DNA of 47,777 nucleotides from Calothrix sp. MO_167.B42 (GTDB lineage Bacteria; Cyanobacteriota; Cyanobacteriia; Cyanobacteriales; Nostocaceae): NCBI GenBank assembly GCA_030065255.1, contig JASJCX010000017.1, positions 1 to 47,777 of the forward strand, read 5' to 3'. Shown piece by piece: positions 15,671 to 24,600 of this stretch (position 1 is its first letter; each line of letters starts with the position of its first letter). The notes under the pieces were generated by a model. It saw only the letters and a program-made list of their open reading frames with translations, ran no database searches and was not told where the DNA came from. The position numbers and the translations under genes were made by a program.

Positions 15671-18600
15671 ATGAAACTTAAAGATAAAATTGAAAATATT
15701 TTTCCCCTAACTCCTTTACAAAAAGGGTTACTGTTCCACTCTTTATATAATCCTGAATCGGCGGTTTATTTTGAACAGTTACATTGTCGGTTAGAAGGGC
15801 ATGTTTGTGTAAATGCGGTGAATCAAGCATGGCAAACTTTAGTTAACCGCCATGGTATTTTACGGACTGCGATTATTACTAAAGGACAGGCGGAACCCGT
15901 ACAAATTGTGTTTCGCGATTTGGATTTTAAAGTTGCTCAACAGGATTGGCGGGGTTTAAGTGCTGCTGCTCAAAAACAACGTTTACAAACATTTCTGGAG
16001 GAGGATTGTCGCCAAGGATTTGTGATTAATCGTCCCCCTTTAATGCGGGTAACTTTGATTCGTTTGGACGAAGAATCTTGGGAAATGGTATGGAGTCACC
16101 ACCATTTACTTTTAGATGGTTGGTCCCAAACTCCTTTGATGCGAGAATTCTTTTTATTACATAAATCAATTGCGGAAAATGTAGAAATATCATTACCCCC
16201 AGTTCGTCCCTTTAGCGATTTACTCAACTGGATTAAACAAAAAGATAGGGATGCAGAACAGGCATTTTGGCGTAATTATATTGGGGGTTTTGCTAGTCAC
16301 ACTCCCTTACCCATGATGCCCAATCGCCAACCAGCTCATACCGGTAAGAGTGTAGAAATTAGATACAGCATCAACAGCAAGGAAACCACATTGCTGACCC
16401 AATTAAGCCGTAATTGCAATGTAACTTTGAATACGATAATTCAAGGTGCTTGGGCAATTTTACTGAATCGTTATAGCCGCAACCAGGATATTGTTTATGG
16501 GATTACAGTAGCAGGCCGTCCCCCGGAATTATCAGGGGTGGAAAGTATGGTTGGTCCTTTTATTAACACCTTACCATTAAGGATATTAGTGCCTGGGTCA
16601 GTAAGTCTGGAGCAGTGGTTACAAGATTTACAGCAGCAGCAAGTACAAACCCGCAACTTTGAACATTCTAGTTTATTAGATATCCAACGTCACAGTGATG
16701 TACCCCTGGGACAACCTTTATTTGAAAGTCTGTTGGCCTTTGAGAATTTTCCCATGGATAAATTCCTCAAAGCCGAAGATTTTGGTTTGTTTATTTCCCA
16801 AGTATCCTTCTTTGAAAAAACCCATTATCCCCTGACCATGGTGGTGATTCCTGGGTCAGAAATCCTGTTAAAATTAACTTACCATAGCGATCGCTTCCAA
16901 CCAGAGGGGATGGAATTGCTACTGCAACATTTTTACCAGTTGTTGTTGAACATGGTAGACAATCCCCAAGCTCCTTTAAGTAATTTGTCTTTGTTGGAAT
17001 ATAGGGAACAGGGAACAGGTTACAGGGAACAGGAAATAGGGAACAGGTTACAGGTTACAGGGGACAGGGAACAGGAAATAGGGGACAGGTTACAGGTTAC
17101 AGGGGACAGGGAACAGGAAATAGGGAATAGGGGACAGGTTACAGGTTACAGGGAACAGGAAATAGGGAATAGGGGACAGGTTACAGAGGACAGGGAACAG
17201 AGGACAGGGAACAGTCAACCGTCAACTGTCAACCATCAACCGTCAACCGTCAACCGTCAACTGTCAACTATCAACCGTCAACCATCAACTATCAACCATC
17301 AACCATCAACGAACAAAACAACTCTGCACCAGTGGTTTGCTGATACAGTGGGCAAGTATGGCGATCGCACTGCTTTGGTGTATGGTGAATCTAGTATTAC
17401 TTATAATCAGCTGGAGTCCCGTAGTAATCAAATTTCTCACTTCCTGAAAAAGCAAGGGGTGGGGCCAGATAAAAAGGTTGTTATTTGTCTGGAACGTTCC
17501 CCAGAATTAATTTTGGCCATGTTAGGGGTGGTGAAAGCCGGGGGTGTTTATGTCCCCGTGGATCCAGCATATCCAAGGGATAGAATTGAGTATACGGTTA
17601 CTGATTGCCAAGCCCAACTAATTTTAACCACCACTGGTTTATCTTCTTTGTTACCCCCATCGGTGCCCACGGTACTCATGGATGGGGAGGATGGATTTGA
17701 TTTAGAACCAACCACCCCACCCATGGAAGGGAATTCCACCCCCGAACAGGGAGCATATGTGATTTATACTTCCGGTTCCACGGGTAAACCCAAGGGTGTG
17801 TTGGTGAGTCAACATAATGTTACCCGGTTGTTTACAAGTACGGAGCATTGGTATGGATTTAACCAGGATGATACTTGGACATTCTTCCATTCCTTCGCCT
17901 TTGACTTTTCCGTGTGGGAAATTTGGGGAGCCTTGCTGTATGGGGGCAAACTGGTTATCGTCCCCTATGGCCAAAGTCGCGATCCCCGCAGTTTTCTCCA
18001 ATTAGTGCGGGAGCAAAAAGTTACCGTACTCAACCAAACACCATCGGCTTTTACCCAGTTTTTATTAGCAGAGGAAGCCGCACTGACCACCGAACCCACA
18101 AGTTTAAGGTACATTATCTTTGGTGGGGAAGCCCTGAATTTACAAAGCTTGCGTCCCTGGTTTGAACGCCATGGGGAGGAGAGAACCAGGCTAGTAAATA
18201 TGTACGGCATCACGGAAACCACGGTGCATGTTACCTATCGGCCCATTAACCGTGCAGATTTAGACAACCTATCTGGTAGTGTTATCGGTCAACCAATCCC
18301 AGATTTACAAATATATCTCCTTGACCCCCATGGTAATCAAGTCCCCACGGGGGTAATTGGGGAAATTCATGTGGGGGGAGCTGGTGTTGCTTGTGGTTAT
18401 TTAAATAAACCCGAACAAAACCAGCAACGGTTCATTACCAATCCAAAATTCAAAATCAACAACGAATTATCTGTTTCTCAAAATCCAAAATCCAAAATCC
18501 AAAATCTAAAATTGTATCGTACGGGGGATTTGGGTCGTTTTCTCCCCAATGGAGACTTAGAATACCTAGGACGTATAGATCATCAGGTGAAAATTCGCGG

Positions 18601-21600
18601 TTTCCGCATCGAAATTGGGGAAATACAAGTGGCAATTTCCCAGTTTCCCGGTGTTCAGGAAAATTTGGTCATTGTTGATGATGGCAGGGATGGACAGCAG
18701 TTAATTGCTTACCTGGTGTGCGAACCAGGGGTACAACCAACCATTGAAACCCTACGCCATCATTTACAACAGCACCTACCTGATTATATGGTGCCGTCCC
18801 AATTTATTTTCTTAGATAAATTCCCCCTGACAACCAATGGTAAAATTGACCGCAAAGCACTACCAACCCCAGAAATTACCAGGGATAATTTAGGAGTTGC
18901 TTTTGTCCCCCCAGAAAATAAAGAAGAAGAAATTTTGGCGCAAATTTGGCAGCAAGTCCTGAAGGTGGAGCAAGTGGGACGGTTTGATAACTATTTTGTC
19001 CTGGGGGGAGATTCCATCCGCAGTATTCGGGTGTGTTCCCTGGCAGAGGCGGCGGGATTGCAGGTAGAACTGGAAGAGGTTTTTGCTTACCCGGTATTAT
19101 CAGAGTTAGCCACAGCAGTCAGGGAAAAGCAGGCACAGGCGAGGGAAGAAGCCGCCCTCACTGCACCATTTTCCTTGGTGGCTCCCCCGGATAGGGAAAA
19201 ATTGCACGATTGGGCCATTGACGCTTATCCCCTTGGTCAATTACAAGCTGGTATGCTGTTTGAGAGTGATTATGCACAAGGGGTAACAGCTTATAATGAC
19301 TTATTTAGCTTCCGGGTGCGTATGCCTTTTGACGGAGAAATTTGGTCCCAAGCCTATGCACAGATGCTGGACAGACATTCCATATTGCGTACAGCCTTTT
19401 ACCTGGGAGAATTTAGCCAACCCCTACAGGTGATTCCCCAAAATACCCCAGCAGCAAAAATTATTTTCTCCGATTTAACTGCTCTCACCCCCGATGAGCA
19501 AGCAACTCACTTGGAATCATTTCACCAACGGGAGCGGTTAAATCGATTTGATTGGTCCACTGCACCCCTAATGAGATTTTATCTCCACCAGTTAGACCAG
19601 GAAACGGTACAGTTGACCTTTGCCATCCACCATGCAATCCTAGATGGTTGGAGTCTTTCGGTGTTTATTGCAGAGTTGAGTAGTTTATACTTCCATCTGC
19701 TGGATGGCAGGGTGCCACCCCTACCCCCATCTCCCCAATTACAATATTCCCGATTTGTTGCCCTAGAACAAGCCGCCCTCCATAGCCAAGAGCAACGTTC
19801 ATTTTGGCAAACCCAACTAGCAGGAATTCCTTTTACCAAACTACCGCGGTATCCAGGGGCTGGGAAACACAAAACCAAAACAGCCATGGCGAGGGTGGAT
19901 ATTGCCCTACCAAAACCCATTACCTCGGGATTGAAAAATCTCTCCAACCACCATGGGATTCCCTTAAGAACAGTCCTCTTAGCAATTCACATGCGGTGGT
20001 TGGCTTTTTGCGCTGGTGAGCCAGAGGTGGTAACCGGGCTGATTTGCAATGGGAGGCCAACGGAATCAGACGGCGATCGCATTTTAGGGTTATTTTTGAA
20101 TACTTTACCATTTCGTCTGCAATTAGACGGTGGTTCTTGGATTGATTTAATTCGCCAGACTTTTGATGCGGAACAGGGATTAATGCCGAATCGCCGCTTT
20201 CCCTTTGCGGAAATCCAGCGGATGCACGGCCATCAACCACTGTACGAAACGGTGTTTAACTTTGTCCATTTCCATGCTTTCCAAGGAATTTTGCAACTGC
20301 GGGATGTGGAGTTAATTGAGTCCCGTTCCTTTGATGAAACGAATATTCCTTTGAGTGTGAATTGGAGTCAGGATGTTTTATCCGAGAATTTACTGTTTAA
20401 TATCACCTACGATAGTAACGAGTTTGACCATCAGCAAATTGCCGCCATGGTAGATTACTGCACCCAAATGTGTGCAGGTGTGGTGGATAATCCCCAAGGT
20501 AATTATGCCACTGCCCCCATGGAATTACAGGATGTGGGAGTTGGGGGCAAGGGAGAAGCAATTCTACCGGTTACCCATGCCCCATATTTAACCAGTGCCT
20601 ATGTCCATTCCCTATTTGAGATGCAAGCGGCGCAAAACCCGGATAAAATTGCTGTAATCTATGGCAATCAAAGTTGGACAAATAGTCAATTAAATCAAAA
20701 AGCTAACCAATTAGCCAGATTTTTACGTAGTCAAGGAGTAGATTTAGACCAACCAGTGGGGATTTGTCTGGAACGCTCGTTTGAGATGGTTTACGGAATT
20801 TTAGGGGTACTCAAAGCCGGTGGTTGTTATGTACCCATAGACCCCCATTACCCCAGGAACCGCATCCATGCCATGGTTGAGGACTCCAGAACTACCATGG
20901 TGTTGAGTGACTCAAAATTGGCTGGTTCGGTTTTAGCTGATGTGGATACCAGGGTGATATTTTTGGACTACCTGGAGGAGGAAATTGCTGCCCAACCCCA
21001 TGACAATCTGGAAATTCCCATTTTCCCAGACAATATAGCTTATCTAATTTTTACCTCCGGTTCCACAGGCAGGGCCAAGGGAATCGCTATTTCCCACCAA
21101 TCCCTAGCCCACCACATGGCTTGGTTTGTGGATGATTTGCGGATGAATGGGGATGATGTATTTCTGCAAAAAACACCATTTAGTTTTGATGGTTCCATCT
21201 GGGAATTTTGGGCTCCTTTAATGACTGGTGCCAAACTGGTAATGGCTAAACCAGGGGGACATCAAGATAGTGCTTATTTAATGCAGACTATCCAACAACA
21301 CCGGGTAACTATTTTGCAAGTAGTACCTACCCTGTTGGAAATTCTCCTAGATGAACCAGAATTGCTCAAATGTTCCAGCTTGCGATTGGTATTATCCGGC
21401 GGTGAAGCCCTGAAAAAGCGGGTATTGCAGCAGTTTAACCAAACCATGGGCATAGAAATAGTTAATATTTATGGACCGGCGGAAGCAACTTTAAATGCAT
21501 CCTTTAACCCTTGTCCGGGGGATGACATAACAGATACGGTGCCCATTGGTCAACCCCTGCCTAACACTTATTTATACATTTTAGATAGCCATGGCCAACC

Positions 21601-24600
21601 AGTACCCATGGGCACACCAGGAGAATTATACATTGCCGGGCTGCAATTAGCCCGTGGTTACTGGCATGCATCGAGACTAACGGCGGATCGGTTTTTGCCT
21701 AATCCCTTTTCCGGAGTTAGGGGCGATCGCATGTACCGTTCTGGGGATAGGGTGCGGCTTTTACCCAGTGGGAAGTTGGAGTTTCTCGGCCGCATCGATC
21801 ACCAAATCAAAATCCGGGGTTTCCGGGTGGAAACTGGGGAAATTATCAGCGTTTTAGAAAGTCAACCAGGGGTAGGGAGAGCCATGGTGAAGGCCTTTTC
21901 CTCCCCCAATCAACCCAATCGACTGGTGGCCTATGTGGAGATGGCAGCACCACCCCAACATTGGCAGGAAACCCTACGGTTCCAGGTACGCAATGCCCTG
22001 CCTGACTACATGGTGCCATCTTTATTTGTCCGGGTGGATACCTTCGAGTTGTTACCCAATGGCAAAATCAATGTCAATGCTTTACAGGAACCGGAATCAG
22101 CAGATATTGCCATTACCACTAATTATGTGGCACCCCGCAATCGGGTTGAAAGCACATTAACGCAAATTTGGCAAGATGTGTTGAAGGTACCCCATGTGGG
22201 GATTCACCATGATTTCTTTGAGTTGGGTGGGGATTCCATCGTTTCCCTACAAATCATTGCCAAAGCCAGGGCTGCTGGGATTCATTTTAGTCCCGCCGAT
22301 ATTTTCCAGCATTCTTCCATTGCCCGATTAGCTCCCCAGATTCAGCACCAGGGAATACCAGAGTCCGAGAAAATTTTATTCACATCCGGTGAAGTTCCTT
22401 TAACTCCCATCCAACAATGGTTTTTCCAACAGCCTTTGGCCCACCCAGAGCAATCCAATCAAGCCATTTTACTGGATTTAAAGGCGGATATTGCCCTTGG
22501 AAGTTTGCAAGGGATGTTAGAGCAGATTACCGCATGCCATGAAGTGTTTCGTTTGCGATTCAGGAGTTTAGATGGTTGGCAACAGTATTTGGTCGAGGAT
22601 GGACAAACTATTGGTTTTGATACAGTTGATTTACGTGAAATCAACGATGAAGCATTGGAACAGGAAATATCAGCTGTAGGGAATCAGTCCCACGGACAAC
22701 TGGATTTAGAACATGGGCCATTGGCAAGGGCTGTGTACTTCCAAACTAGGGAAAACACTCAAAATAAGCTGCTGTTAATTATCCATCATTTAATTGTGGA
22801 TGGGGTTTCTTGGCGGGTACTGTTGCAAGATTTAGCCATGGCTATGCAAACAGCAACGGATGGGATTGGTTTATTTTCTCCCCAGGCTGGTTTTGCTCAA
22901 TGGGCTGTGCAATTACACCAACACCAAACATCTGAGTTAGCAGGGGACTTGGAATTTTGGCAAGCACAACAAGTTGCATCACCCCTACTCCCCATGGATT
23001 TGACTGATAACTTGGCTGGTAACACCGAAGGTAGTACGGCGGAAATTGAATGTCAGTTTACCAAGGAAGAAACAGATAGTTTACTCTATGAACTGACTCG
23101 CACTCGTCAAGCCAAAATTCAGGAAACCTTGCTGACGGTGCTGTTACAGGTGGTTACCGATTGGATTGGGAAATCAGAAATTGCGATCGCAACCGAAAGC
23201 CATGGCCGGGATAATCGCTTCACCAATGTGGATATTTTACAGTCCGTGGGTTGGTTTACCTCATTGTTCCCCCTGGGACTCCACAAAACCAGCGATGATT
23301 TATTCAGTAACCTGGAAGGGGTGAAAGCCCAATTACGCCAGTTACCCCACAATGGATTTTCCTATGGGTTACTCCGCAGTCAAGCGGAATTCGCCCCTAC
23401 CTTACCCCAAATTCCCCAGGGAATTGTGTTCAACTACCTGGGACAATTTGATGAGAACTTCCCCACCACCGCTCCCTTTACCCCATCTTTGTTAAACTCG
23501 GGAGTTGCCCAACATCCCCAAAATCAACGGTATTTCCAACTGGAAGTAGTGGGTTTGATTTTCAATGGCCAGTTGCAGATAAAATTTGTCTATAGCCAAG
23601 CATTGCACCAAGAAAGCACAATTCGTCGGTTAGCAAATAACTTTTCTCGCTGCTTGCAAACCCTGCTGGCGGAAAGCCGCACCAGGGAAGAAAGCCGCAC
23701 CCCTGCTGATTTCCCTTTAGCATCCGTGAACCCAGAACAACTGGCTGTGGTTTTAGAGGGAACCTCTGACGTGGAGGATATTTACCCCCTAGCTCCGGTA
23801 CAGGAGGGAATGGTATTCCATGCCAATTATGATAGTGCCAGCGGTGCTTACATCCAACAGGTGACGGCTCAAATCACTGGAGTTTTGGATGTGGTTCTGT
23901 TCCGCCAAGCTTGGGAATACACCATAGCCAGACATCCCAGTTTACGGACATCCTTTGTCATCCGGGATTTACCGCGGCCCCTACAGCGAGTTCACCATCA
24001 GGTCAATTTACCTTTTGCTTACCATGATTGGTCTGATTTGAACAGAGGGGAAATTGCGGAAAAATGGCAGGAATTATTAGCTACAGAGCGGCAGCAAACC
24101 TTCTCCCTGGAAACACCGCCCTTAATGGGTTTAACCTTAGTCAGAACCCAACCAGAAAAATGGCAGTTTATCTGGACTCACCACCACCTACTGTTGGATG
24201 GTTGGTCATTACCCCTAATTTTCATCGACGTAATTAATTATTACCAAGCCCAGCACCAGGGACGGGAAGTAAACTGGCCACAACCACCAGCCTACCGCGA
24301 TTTTATTCACTGGCTGAGTAACCAATCTACCACCTCTGCAAAATCCTTCTGGTCCAGTCAACTCCAAGGTTTACAGTCAGCAACTAGCTTGCAATTGACT
24401 AACCCCGCACCGGAGGATTACCAAGTTTTGCAAACAACCCTCAGTGAAGAGGTGCATAGCAAACTAATGGCCTTTGCCCAAAGAAATCAAGTAACTATTA
24501 ACACCTTAATTCAAGGTGCCTGGAGTCTGCTGTTAAGTCGTTATAGCGGGGATGAGGATATTGTTTTTGGGATTACCGTATCCGGTCGTCCCCCAGAACT

